From positions 32,001-96,000 of the forward strand of contig JANRJK010000053.1 in the NCBI GenBank assembly GCA_033764015.1: a DNA stretch of 64,000 nucleotides. Direction: 5' to 3'. The notes below the pieces were generated by a model. That model worked only from the letters and a program-made list of their open reading frames with translations. It searched no databases and was not told the origin of the DNA. This document shows, piece by piece, positions 1-11,748 of the stretch. The stretch comes from Candidatus Sumerlaeia bacterium (GTDB lineage Bacteria; Sumerlaeota; Sumerlaeia; SLMS01; JANRJK01). How positions within the stretch are numbered: position 1 is the first letter of the stretch; the number at the start of each line of letters is the position of its first letter. Made by a program: the position numbers and the translations under genes.

Positions 1-32
1 CCGTTAGTATCCATCTCTATAGAGGTTTCCAA

Positions 33-347
33 ATGGAAATCAAGTTCGTCCCTGTAACTACCCCAGACAATCGAGATCCTAGAACCCAAGCTGGGACCGT
101 CGACACCTCTTGCGGCACAAGAGTGGTCGAAGTTGTGAAGGCTGCCACCGATGATCTTTCCGCCAAACTCGGAGAGATTGTGAACGATATTAGTCTAAAG
201 ATTCAGAGCACCCTTGTCGAGGGTACCGAAGTTGAAGTGACGATGGCCTTCGGCCTAGAAGCAGACTGCGACCTTGTCCTAATTTCTGGGACTGGGACGG
301 CTGCCATTGAGGTGACATTTAGGGTTGTGGGAGGGAAGTCAAAGTGA
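33..347 (+). CDS. Trypsin-co-occurring domain protein (Trypco1/CU044_2847-like)
   Basis: 104 aa; C-terminal EVEVTMAFGLEADCDLVLISGTGTAAIEVTF pattern; AGAGG RBS; GTGA overlap with the protease gene. Confidence 0.7.
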   Translation: MEIKFVPVTTPDNRDPRTQAGTVDTSCGTRVVEVVKAATDDLSAKLGEIVNDISLKIQSTLVEGTEVEVTMAFGLEADCDLVLISGTGTAAIEVTFRVVGGKSK

Positions 348-1504
348 AGTCAGCGAGCAAGAGTATCGTAGGTGACTTCTACTCCCCTGCTGGGCTTCTA
401 TGTTCAATCTGGCACATGTACAACAGCGCTCTAGTCTTTAACCGATGTGGGTGGCTCTTGAGCCCAGAATACATAGTCACTGCTGGGCACAACTTGCCAA
501 GCGAAGGGCTAAAGGTCAGAATTTGCGGCCACTCTAATCCCGAAGGCCCTGAAGGTGGCGGGTACGATGTGACAGTCGTTCACACAGAGAATGTGAAAGC
601 GAATCCATTTGCAGATTTTGCAATCTTGAAGCTGTGCCAACATGCTGGAGGGGTATTGCCAGCCTGCAAAGTGTCGGAGGAAATGGTTGCGCTTGCCTCA
701 AGTGACCCCGAGCGGGAATCTGTATTTTTCGAGAGCGCTTTCTATATGCCCTGTTACTTCAATGGTCATACACTCTCCTCGTATGATGTCGAAGGACGCT
801 TGGGGAGGCGCAGCAGAGGAGATGGAGAAAACTTCTTCGAAGTTATAAACCTAGATCTTGTCAAGAATCCCCGAGTTTCATTTGAGGATGGCATGAGTGG
901 CGCGCCAGTTCTGGTTGTCGACTCGAAGCGAAATCGCCTAAGAGTGGTGTTAATTGGACACCAAGTAAAGACGACAATGCACAGATCGGTTGGACAAGTC
1001 GTCCCAGTTGGAAGAATGCACACGCTTCTAAGTGGCTTGTCGAGTCCAGAACTGTTGGAGGTTAAGAGGTTGATTGCCAAGCGTCTCGCGAACTTCGACC
1101 ATTCAATCGTAACGAACTCTCCAGAAAGGGGCAGGTTGGGTGCTATGTCAAAACAAATTCAAGAGGTGACCAGTCCTGAACAGGTGTGTGAAATCATAGG
1201 CTCGCTACCCAAGATAGGAGGAACGATCTCTAAGAGATTCTTGAAGTCGAAGGTTTTGTTGTTGTGGAATGACCTGGCAGTTTCGGACTCGATGGTTTTT
1301 TGCTACTTGCGGAGAAAAATCAAGAACAGGACCCACATCGCAACAGCTAAAAATCTGCTCCGCAGGAGTGCCTTGCGGACTGGGGCTTTCGAGCTTGTTC
1401 ATTTAAGGGCCCTTCCTTCCCTGAATGAAATTGGGCAATACTTGACGGTCATCCAATTTCGAAGGATTTCAACGGAATCAGACTTGTCCGAGGTCAGATC
1501 ATGA
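344..1504 (+). CDS. Trypsin-like serine protease with unknown C-terminal domain
   Basis: Catalytic triad motifs VTAGH, DFAIL, GMSGAPV; no signal peptide; low GC. Confidence 0.8.
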   Translation: MKSASKSIVGDFYSPAGLLCSIWHMYNSALVFNRCGWLLSPEYIVTAGHNLPSEGLKVRICGHSNPEGPEGGGYDVTVVHTENVKANPFADFAILKLCQHAGGVLPACKVSEEMVALASSDPERESVFFESAFYMPCYFNGHTLSSYDVEGRLGRRSRGDGENFFEVINLDLVKNPRVSFEDGMSGAPVLVVDSKRNRLRVVLIGHQVKTTMHRSVGQVVPVGRMHTLLSGLSSPELLEVKRLIAKRLANFDHSIVTNSPERGRLGAMSKQIQEVTSPEQVCEIIGSLPKIGGTISKRFLKSKVLLLWNDLAVSDSMVFCYLRRKIKNRTHIATAKNLLRRSALRTGAFELVHLRALPSLNEIGQYLTVIQFRRISTESDLSEVRS

Positions 1505-2673
1505 CTTCCAAGGCAAAGGCGACTACTGCGAAGCATTGGCGGGCCTTTCTCCAAATCTTCGGGCTTCGACACCAAGGAGTTGAGCATCCCCTTGCCTATT
1601 TGGAGATACTTGAAAAGGTTCGAGATAAGCTGGCCATGGACCCTGATGTTCGCACAACGGGGCTGGTTGAAGAGTTCCACCTTGAATGCGACCATCAGCA
1701 ACCCTTGCTGGATGCCTTGGCGGTCATGCAGAATGCGCTTCTCTGTGAGCTCGATGTCGGGGTTGCAACACGTGGTGTCATCTTTAGAGATGAGGCGGTC
1801 GTTGAATCCCCAAATGGTGTACGCTTATCGGAAAAGTTGATAAGAGTCCGCTCAACATGGCAAGGACTCAAGACTGTTGGATTTGTAATCGCCCCAGACG
1901 ATGCCCCCGCCTTGAAAATGTCAAAGTCTTCGAATTCTCCGCTCGCGTTGGTTAACTTTTGCGCTGGCGAAAAAAGGGGTAGCTACGAGCGCTTTTATCA
2001 TCTGAGTGTAGGCTGGACCATGGATCCCAGGTACATGTTAGGTGTGCCCGGAGCATCTCTCGAAAGCGCTTGGGATAGTTTTTTTTATACCTGGCTATCG
2101 GCCGCCCCTGAGTCGGAAAAGCTATCCCGATTTTATGTTCCTTTTGCGGTGAACTGGTTGGAGCACGAGGGAAACGAGATGCTCTCAATTCTTGGAAAGG
2201 CTTCTCGCCCCGCAGAGTTTCCTTCCGCTCAATTGCCGATTTTGTCAAGACTGGTTTCCAGAGTGTTGAGTGAGAAGGTTGGTGTTTCGGCGAAGTTGGA
2301 ACTAGTGGGGGCATGCCAATGCTACGAGCTGTTTCTTCTGAAGTTGGCAGATATTTGCTTTTCAGGTGCGGTAGAAGACTGGCTGGCCGCCCCCGAAAAC
2401 AAGAACGTCCTCCTGAGAGGAAGAGCCGAGAGACAGACAAGGCGCGCCAAGAGCAAGCCGTCTTTGGACGAAGACAATGCTGACGTGCAACCTACACCGG
2501 AAAAGATGACATTGGCGAGTGCGCTTCAACTTCTTCGGCTGGCAGCCTGTAAGAACAAACGTCTTATAGGACTCGCAAGGAAAGATGCTTCGGGGCCCGT
2601 ACCTTTAGAAATACTTTCCATCAAGAGCCGAAGGAACTTCATTCGTGCCTTGGCTGATAGCCTCCAAGAATAG
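1501..2673 (+). CDS. Hypothetical protein (third gene of low-GC operon)
   Basis: 390 aa ORF in low-GC DNA; ATGA overlap with the protease gene. Confidence 0.75.
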   Translation: MTSKAKATTAKHWRAFLQIFGLRHQGVEHPLAYLEILEKVRDKLAMDPDVRTTGLVEEFHLECDHQQPLLDALAVMQNALLCELDVGVATRGVIFRDEAVVESPNGVRLSEKLIRVRSTWQGLKTVGFVIAPDDAPALKMSKSSNSPLALVNFCAGEKRGSYERFYHLSVGWTMDPRYMLGVPGASLESAWDSFFYTWLSAAPESEKLSRFYVPFAVNWLEHEGNEMLSILGKASRPAEFPSAQLPILSRLVSRVLSEKVGVSAKLELVGACQCYELFLLKLADICFSGAVEDWLAAPENKNVLLRGRAERQTRRAKSKPSLDEDNADVQPTPEKMTLASALQLLRLAACKNKRLIGLARKDASGPVPLEILSIKSRRNFIRALADSLQE

Positions 2674-2785
2674 GCTAGGAGGAGAGCAAGTTTGATTTGG
2701 GGGACAGTCCGGCCAAGTCGCAAAAACATTGTTTATCCCAACTAGATGACACGCCGACCTTCGACGCTGCAATGTAAACTTGTGT

Positions 2786-2943
2786 TCGAGCGCCGCGAGC
2801 TTGTCCGCGGAGGCGGCGAACTGTGCGTCCCAGCGCGCCTCCGACTCCATCTCCTCGAGCATCAGCGCGGCCAGCGCGTCTTGCCGTTCCGCGGGCAGGT
2901 GGCTGGCGCGGTCGATGGCTAGTTGAAGGTGCTTGGTGGTCAT
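2786..2943 (-). pseudogene. Truncated type II antitoxin-like gene
   Basis: MTTKHLQLAIDRASHLPAERQDALAALMLEEMESEARWDAQFAASADKLAAL then runs into island DNA; no toxin gene follows. Confidence 0.55.
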
Positions 2944-3014
2944 GGCGGCTGCTCCGTGTGGACTTCGTCCCACAACCTCGCCAACCGCCGCCGCGTTTTC
3001 CAGCGAAATCCCCC

Positions 3015-3142
3015 CTACTCCAACCCAAACACCACCGACACGTTCGCCCGCACGCGGATTCTTCCCAGCGCGGTCGAGCTTGGTTCGTCGGAGGCGGAGC
3101 CGCCGGACATTTCCTGCGAGGCGTTTTGCGCCATCATGCGGG
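3015..3142 (-). repeat. Orphan copy of the SIMPL gene 3' end (direct repeat of 6455-6585)
   Basis: 3067-3142 matches 6510-6585 at 75/76 bp; reads RMMAQNASQEMSGGSASDEPSSTALGRIRVRANVSVVFGLE*. Confidence 0.95.
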
Positions 3143-3177
3143 AGTTTCGGCCGGAGTCCCCCCGGGCCCCGAAACGG

Positions 3178-3210
3178 TCCGGCCGCCGCCCCGAGGGGGC
3201 GGCGGCCGGA
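3178..3210 (-). terminator. Hairpin downstream of hppA
   Basis: Perfect 15-bp stem TCCGGCCGCCGCCCC-GAG-GGGGCGGCGGCCGGA; no clear U-tract. Confidence 0.6.
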
Positions 3211-3248
3211 GGGGTCCGCGAGCGGGTCGGCTTTGGGGCCGGGTGCTG

Positions 3249-6020
<2,772 letters not shown>

Positions 6021-6095
6021 CCATCTGGGCGGCCCCCATCGAGGGTTCGCTGTGCCACAGCCCGACGGCCTCCACTCGCTTAGACGACAATCGGG

Positions 6096-6123
6096 ACTTT
6101 AGCCATCCTCTTTGGCTGGTCAA
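6096..6123 (-). promoter_or_regulatory. Putative sigma70 promoter of hppA
   Basis: TTGACC-16 bp-TAAAGT; AGCCA-N7-TGGCT inverted repeat spans the spacer. Confidence 0.45.
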
Positions 6124-6454
6124 GCGAAAAATCGGTGGCTACCTTTGGTCGAACGCACCCGCCAACCCTTGAAAGAGCGTGTCGGTCCCCGCCGAAACCC
6201 ATCACAACGCGGACCAAAACGCGGCCCATTATCCACTTTGGTCGTGGCCGCAATCCCGTCCCTCGACGTGCCGCCAACGCGGTTCGCGAGCGACAGCGGC
6301 AGTCCTCCGGGGCTCACAAGCGGCCGCCGCCGGAGCCTCGACAAGATGAAATCCGTGAACCATCGACGGGGCAACGGAGCGAATTGCCGCCGCCTCGATC
6401 CGGTAGTTGCGAGCGGCCCGCGCAAGGTGGGCGGGGGCCGCCCGAATGGGGTAA

Positions 6455-7231
6455 CTACTGATTCAGTTCGAACAGCACCGACACGCTCGCGCGCACGCGG
6501 ATGCGGCCGAGCGCGGTCGAGCTTGGTTCGTCGGAGGCGGAGCCGCCGGACATTTCCTGCGAGACGTTTTGCGCCATCATGCGGGCGCTGCGGCCGGAGT
6601 CGTAGGGGGACCACATGCTGTAGCTTTCGCCGATCGATTGCGGGGCGCCGATGTCTTCGCCGAGGACGCCGGCCATGGCGTCGGCCTTCTCGCGGGCGGC
6701 GAGCAGCGCCAGGCGGCGGGCTTCGTCGCGGTGCTTGCGCAAGTCGCTGGTGCGGAACTCGACGCCCTGCATGGTGTCGGCGCCGGCGGTCACCAGCGCC
6801 TCGACCAGCGCGTCGAGCCGCTCCGGTTCGCGCAGCGTGACCACGAGCGTCTTGCGGCAGACGTATTCGACGAACCGCTGGCGGTTGTTCTCCCACTCGT
6901 AAACCGGTTCGAGCTGGAACTGGTCCGTGGCGAGGTCCTTTTCCGCGATGCCGGCGGAGGAGCGCGCGGCGGCGAGGACGGCGGCCATGCGGGCGTTGCA
7001 GGCGCCGCGGGCCTCCTGCGCCGAGCGCGAGCGCCCCTCGGTGCCCACGATCACCTCGACGAAGTCGGGCTCGACCAGCACCTCGGCCTCGCCGGTGACG
7101 CTGATGGTGCGCGGCGCCTTCGCGACCGCGGCGGCGCCGTGGGGCCGGACGTCGTCCGACCGTGTGGAAACGCAGGACGCTCCCGCGAGGCAGGTGGCGA
7201 GGATCGAGGCGGCAAGGGCGGTGCGGCGCAT
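6455..7231 (-). CDS. SIMPL (DUF541/YggE-like) periplasmic or lipoprotein
   Basis: Signal peptide ending LAGASC; RTISVTGEAEVLVEPD; ALLAAREKADAMA; IRVRASVSVLF. Confidence 0.9.
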   Translation of the reverse strand: MRRTALAASILATCLAGASCVSTRSDDVRPHGAAAVAKAPRTISVTGEAEVLVEPDFVEVIVGTEGRSRSAQEARGACNARMAAVLAAARSSAGIAEKDLATDQFQLEPVYEWENNRQRFVEYVCRKTLVVTLREPERLDALVEALVTAGADTMQGVEFRTSDLRKHRDEARRLALLAAREKADAMAGVLGEDIGAPQSIGESYSMWSPYDSGRSARMMAQNVSQEMSGGSASDEPSSTALGRIRVRASVSVLFELNQ

Positions 7232-7383
7232 GGGCGTTCTCCGGCGCGGGCGATGGGTCCGATGGGAGCGCCGCGGGCGCGCGGGGCGCAAGGCCGGGGG
7301 CGGAGGGCGCGCTTCCGGTTGCCATGGTGCGGGGCGGGCGGTCCGCTTGGCGGACCTGCGCCGCCCGGGGCGCGCCCGCCGCC

Positions 7384-9633
7384 ATGATGCACCTGCTCGA
7401 CAAGTTGAACCCGCCGCAGCGCGAGGCCGCCACCTACCTCGGCGGCCCGCTGATGATCATCGCCGGCGCGGGCTCGGGGAAGACGCGCGTCATCACGCAC
7501 CGGATCGCGTTCCTGGCGTCGGAGGTCGGCATCCCGCTGCACGACATCCTGGCGGTGACGTTCACGAACAAGGCGGCGCGCGAGATGCGCGAGCGCGTGT
7601 TCCGCATCCTTGGCCGCGACGACATGCCCTCGCTGCCGATCGGCACGTTCCACTCGCGCTGCGCGATGATCCTGCGGCGCGACGCGGACGCGGCGGGGCT
7701 GGACCAGAACTTCACGATCCTGGACGAGAAGGACCAGGTGGCGGCGGTGAAGCGGGCGATGGAGCGCTGCGACGTCTCCGAGAAGCGCGTGAAGCCGGCG
7801 CAGGTGCACAACTTCATCAACACGGCGAAGATGCGCCTGCTGACGCCGGAGGATTGCGCGAGGGAGTTCGCCGCCGAGCGCATCCCCTACGCCGACCTCT
7901 ACGCCGCCTACGAGGACCTCCTGAAGCGCGCGAAGGCGCTCGATATCGAGGACCTGATCTTCAAGACCGTGCTGCTCTTCCAGCGCGACGACGACGCGCG
8001 CCGCCACTGGGCCCGCCGCTACCAGCACGTCCTGGTCGACGAGTACCAGGACACGAACCACGGCCAGTTCCTGCTCACCAAGCTGCTGGCGCAGGACCAC
8101 GGCAACATCTGCGTGGTGGGCGACGAGGACCAGGCGATCTACTCCTGGCGCGGCGCCGACATCACGAACCTGCTCGATTTCGAGAAGTCCTTCCCCGGCG
8201 TCCGCGTGGTGAAGCTGGAGCAGAACTACCGCTCGACCGCGAACATCCTGCGGGGCGCCAGCGTGGTGATCGCGCGCAACACGCAGCGCCTCGGCAAGAC
8301 GCTCTTCACCGAGGGCGCGGAGGGCGACCCGCTCGAGTACCTGCGCGGCGAGGACGACCGCCACGAGGGCTGGCTGGTGGCGCAGGAGGTGGACCGGCTG
8401 CTGCGCACGCAGGGCGTGCCCGCCTCCGAGGTCGCCGTGTTCTACCGCAGCCACCGCCTCTCCCGCCCCGTCGAGGACGCGCTGCGCGGCTTCCAGATCC
8501 CCTACCGCATCGTCGGCGGCGTGCGCTTCTACGACCGCGCCGAGGTGAAGGACGTGCTCTGCTTCCTGCGCCTCGCGGTGAACCCGAACGACGACCTCGC
8601 GTTCGAGCGCGTGGTGAACGTGCCGAAGCGCGGCATCGGCGACAAGGCGCAGCAGTCGCTCCGCGAGCAGGCGCAGCAGGACCGCACGAGCCTTTACGAG
8701 GCGGCCTGGCGCGCGATCAAGGCGGACGGCCCGCTCGCCTCGAAGGCGCGCGGCAACCTCGCCCAGTTCCTGGTCGCCATCGAGGAGTGGCACCGCGAGG
8801 AGCGCCACCTCTCGCCGCGCGAGCTGCTCGAGCTGGTCTACACGCACACGCGCTACAAGGAGGAGGGGCTCGGCGACACAACCTCCATCGACGGCGAAGC
8901 GCGCCTCGAGAACCTGCAGGAGTTCGAGGCGGTCGTCGAGCTGTTCCGCGCGGAGTCGGACAGGAACCGCACGGCGGAGTTCCTGCGCACGCTGTCGCTC
9001 GACGCGGCGGTGGCGGACCGCGACGAGGGCGCGGAGTCGGTGAGCCTGATGTCGGTGCACAACGCGAAGGGACTCGAGTTCGACCACGTGTTCGTGGTGG
9101 GGCTGGAGGAGGGCGTGTTCCCGAACTCGCGGGCGATGGGCGACCTGTCGGAGACGGGCGTCGAGGAGGAGCGGCGGCTGTACTACGTGGCGCTGACGCG
9201 GGCCCGCAAGCGGCTGTGCCTGTCGCGCGCGGGGCGCCGCATGGGCTACAGCGGCGGCTACGACTTCTCCGAGCCCTCGCGGTTCCTCGCCGAGATGCCC
9301 CCGGAGGTGTTCGCCAAGGCGTCCTTCGAGATGCTGCGCCGCGAGCTGAAGTTCGGCTGGGGCGAGGAGCGGACCGAGCCCGCGTCGAAGGCGGGGCCGG
9401 AGCGCAAGTTCGCGCAGCTCGTGGCGCAGGGGGCCGCGGGGCTCCGCGCCGCCGCGACCGACACCGAGTTCCGCCGCGGCGACCGCGTGGTGCACCGCTA
9501 CCTCGGGGCGGGCGAGGTGTTCAACATCGCGGGACGCCCCGGCGCTCAGAAGATCCACATCCGCTTCGACGACGGGCGCGAGCAGGCCTTCGTCGCGCGG
9601 CAGGCCCCCATCGTCCGCGAAGGCGAGGGCTGA
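7384..9633 (+). CDS. pcrA: UvrD/PcrA DNA helicase
   Basis: LNPPQREA, AGAGSGKT, DEYQD, EEERRLYYVALTRA; C-terminal Tudor-like GDRVVH. Confidence 0.95.
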   Translation: MMHLLDKLNPPQREAATYLGGPLMIIAGAGSGKTRVITHRIAFLASEVGIPLHDILAVTFTNKAAREMRERVFRILGRDDMPSLPIGTFHSRCAMILRRDADAAGLDQNFTILDEKDQVAAVKRAMERCDVSEKRVKPAQVHNFINTAKMRLLTPEDCAREFAAERIPYADLYAAYEDLLKRAKALDIEDLIFKTVLLFQRDDDARRHWARRYQHVLVDEYQDTNHGQFLLTKLLAQDHGNICVVGDEDQAIYSWRGADITNLLDFEKSFPGVRVVKLEQNYRSTANILRGASVVIARNTQRLGKTLFTEGAEGDPLEYLRGEDDRHEGWLVAQEVDRLLRTQGVPASEVAVFYRSHRLSRPVEDALRGFQIPYRIVGGVRFYDRAEVKDVLCFLRLAVNPNDDLAFERVVNVPKRGIGDKAQQSLREQAQQDRTSLYEAAWRAIKADGPLASKARGNLAQFLVAIEEWHREERHLSPRELLELVYTHTRYKEEGLGDTTSIDGEARLENLQEFEAVVELFRAESDRNRTAEFLRTLSLDAAVADRDEGAESVSLMSVHNAKGLEFDHVFVVGLEEGVFPNSRAMGDLSETGVEEERRLYYVALTRARKRLCLSRAGRRMGYSGGYDFSEPSRFLAEMPPEVFAKASFEMLRRELKFGWGEERTEPASKAGPERKFAQLVAQGAAGLRAAATDTEFRRGDRVVHRYLGAGEVFNIAGRPGAQKIHIRFDDGREQAFVARQAPIVREGEG

Positions 9634-9638
9634 GGCCG

Positions 9639-10064
9639 GTGCCCCGCCCCCTGGTCGCCCTGATCGACGACGATCCCGACGTGCGCCACCTGCTGGCGAT
9701 GACGCTCAAGCGGCTGTACCGCGTCGAGACCGCGCCGGACGGGCCCGCGGGCCTCGAACTGGTCCGCGCGCAGCGACCCAACGTGGTGGTGACGGACCTC
9801 GGGATGCCGGGCCTCAACGGGCTCGACCTGTGCGGAACGATCAAGTCGGACCCGGAGTTGGCGCGCATCCCCGTGATCATCATCACCGGCGCCACGCGCG
9901 GCGAGGAGCTGCCCGGCGGGTTCTGGAGGCTCGGCACGCAGGCGGACGACTTCCTGCAGAAGCCCTTCCCGCCGGAGCAACTGCTGGCGGCGGTGCAGGC
10001 GCAGCTCGAGCGGGCGGCGGGCTACAAGCCGCTGCCCCCGGGCACCGGGAGCTATGGGGAATAG
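9639..10064 (+). CDS. Single-domain response regulator
   Basis: LIDDD...TDLGMPGLNG...IITG...FLQKPF; GTG start at 9639. Confidence 0.9.
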   Translation: MPRPLVALIDDDPDVRHLLAMTLKRLYRVETAPDGPAGLELVRAQRPNVVVTDLGMPGLNGLDLCGTIKSDPELARIPVIIITGATRGEELPGGFWRLGTQADDFLQKPFPPEQLLAAVQAQLERAAGYKPLPPGTGSYGE

Positions 10065-11583
10065 GCACGCGACGACCGGTGCGATGCGCCGGGCGGCCGA
10101 CGTCCTGCGCGAACTCCCGCGCCACCCCCGGCTCCTCCCCGCGCTCTGGGCCGTGCTGCTGCTCGCGTGCCTGTCGAGGATGCTGTCGCACTCGATCGCG
10201 GCGTCCGACAAGCGCGACCTCCGCGTGCTGGGCGGATGGGACGAGAACCACTACTACGCTTGGGCCAGATCCGCCGTAGTGGACGGGGACGCCAGGTTCC
10301 GGAACGACTTCGAGTTCCTCGCGTCGCTCCGGGGCGTCCCCCTGCTTTCGGACACCTTCCGGCGCGCGCTGGATACGGTGCCGGACACGCCGACGGGGCA
10401 CTTCCCCAACAAGTACGGCGTGGGGAACGCGCTGCTTGGCGCTCCGGGGCTGCTTGTGGCCCGCGCCGCGGTGCTCGCTTATGGCGAGGACCGGGTGCAC
10501 CCCTTCGCGACCATCTACCTGGTGGGCTACCGCGCCAGCCTGATCGTGGTGGCGTTCCTGGGGCTGGCGGCGGCGGTGCGGCTACTCGGCGAGCTGGGAC
10601 ACTCCCGCGGCGTCGGCGCGGCGTCGGTCGCGCTCGTGTTCCTCGGCACGCCGCTCGGCTACTACATTTGGTACAATCACGACATGGCTCACGCGGGGGG
10701 CTTCACGCTCCTCACGCTGCTGCTGCTGGCGTCGGTCCGTTGGCGCGGCGCGTTGCGGGCCGACGGGAGGTCCTGGATGGCCCTCGCCGCCGCCATGGGG
10801 GTGCTGCTCGCGCTCGCCGCCATGGCGAGATTTCCCAACGCCATCGCCGCGGTGTTCCCCTTCGCCCTGGCGGTCGGCGAGTGGCTCGGCGCCCCCATGG
10901 AGTTCCGCCGGCGGATCCTCGTCCGCTCCGTCGTGTCATGCTTGGCGGCGGCCGGCTGCGCAGTTGCCGCCGCGGTGCCGCAATTGCTCGCGTGGAAGGT
11001 GGTGTACGGGGAGTACCTGCTGTACAGCTACACGGGCGAGCGCTTCCGCGCCTGGCCCTCGAACGCGCCTCTCGTTCTTGCGGGGGCGCGGAACAGCCTC
11101 TTCCTGTGGTCGCCGCTTTGGCTGCTGGCGCTGGGCGCCCTGGCGCAGCCCGTGCGGCGCGACGCCGGCGTGCTGGCGGGGCTGGCCGCCCTCTTCGCGG
11201 GGTTCCTGTGGCTGTACGGTTCTTGGGAGTTCTACTGGCTCGGAACGTCGTTCGGCATGCGGGGCTTCGTCGACATCTCGGCGGTCGCGATGGTTGGCGC
11301 GGCGTCGCTCGTCGAGCGGACGCGGGGCCCCCTCCCGGGGCGCAGGCTGCTCGCCGCCGCCGTGGCCCTGTCGATCCTCTGGTCGTTGTGGATGGTGGGC
11401 GCCTACCGGGCGGAGGTGCAGCGCGGCGGCGAGCCGTTCGCCGGGAGGGCGCTGGTCACCGAGGCGGCGGACATCGCGGACCAGTGGTGGAAGGACGTGC
11501 GCGGGATCCCGCCGTTCCACGCCCGGAGGTATCCGCTCTTCACGCCGCGTTCGCTTGGGGAGGATTCCCGGGGGCCCGATTAG
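10054..11583 (+). CDS. Polytopic membrane glycosyltransferase (GT-C fold, ArnT/PMT-like)
   Basis: GWDENHYY after first TM; NKYGVG; SFGMRGF; many TM helices. Confidence 0.65.
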   Translation: MGNRHATTGAMRRAADVLRELPRHPRLLPALWAVLLLACLSRMLSHSIAASDKRDLRVLGGWDENHYYAWARSAVVDGDARFRNDFEFLASLRGVPLLSDTFRRALDTVPDTPTGHFPNKYGVGNALLGAPGLLVARAAVLAYGEDRVHPFATIYLVGYRASLIVVAFLGLAAAVRLLGELGHSRGVGAASVALVFLGTPLGYYIWYNHDMAHAGGFTLLTLLLLASVRWRGALRADGRSWMALAAAMGVLLALAAMARFPNAIAAVFPFALAVGEWLGAPMEFRRRILVRSVVSCLAAAGCAVAAAVPQLLAWKVVYGEYLLYSYTGERFRAWPSNAPLVLAGARNSLFLWSPLWLLALGALAQPVRRDAGVLAGLAALFAGFLWLYGSWEFYWLGTSFGMRGFVDISAVAMVGAASLVERTRGPLPGRRLLAAAVALSILWSLWMVGAYRAEVQRGGEPFAGRALVTEAADIADQWWKDVRGIPPFHARRYPLFTPRSLGEDSRGPD

Positions 11584-11748
11584 CCGTGCTCCCGGCGAGG
11601 CGTTCGGCGGCGCCGGAATCTCGGCCCGCGGCTGGTTGTTCTTGCGGTTGGCACTGGTCACCGGGTTCACTAGTGGCTGAATAGATTCCGTGCCCCGCGA
11701 AACGGGGAGGGACGCCTGCGGAAGGCAGGCGCCGCGAGGTTACGCGCG

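Larger units (their letters stand above)
1..2785. mobile_element. Right end of a low-GC genomic island
   Basis: Roughly 45-50% GC by eye versus about 70% or more in the host; abrupt switch near 2785 that cuts a gene; no mobility gene in the window. Confidence 0.65.

Noticed and set aside
6229..6237. TTATCCACT as a DnaA box
   Set aside because: Single mismatched copy with no cluster
6927..10064. 1045-aa ORF ending in a receiver domain
   Set aside because: Alternate frame over pcrA; only 9639-10064 is protein-like
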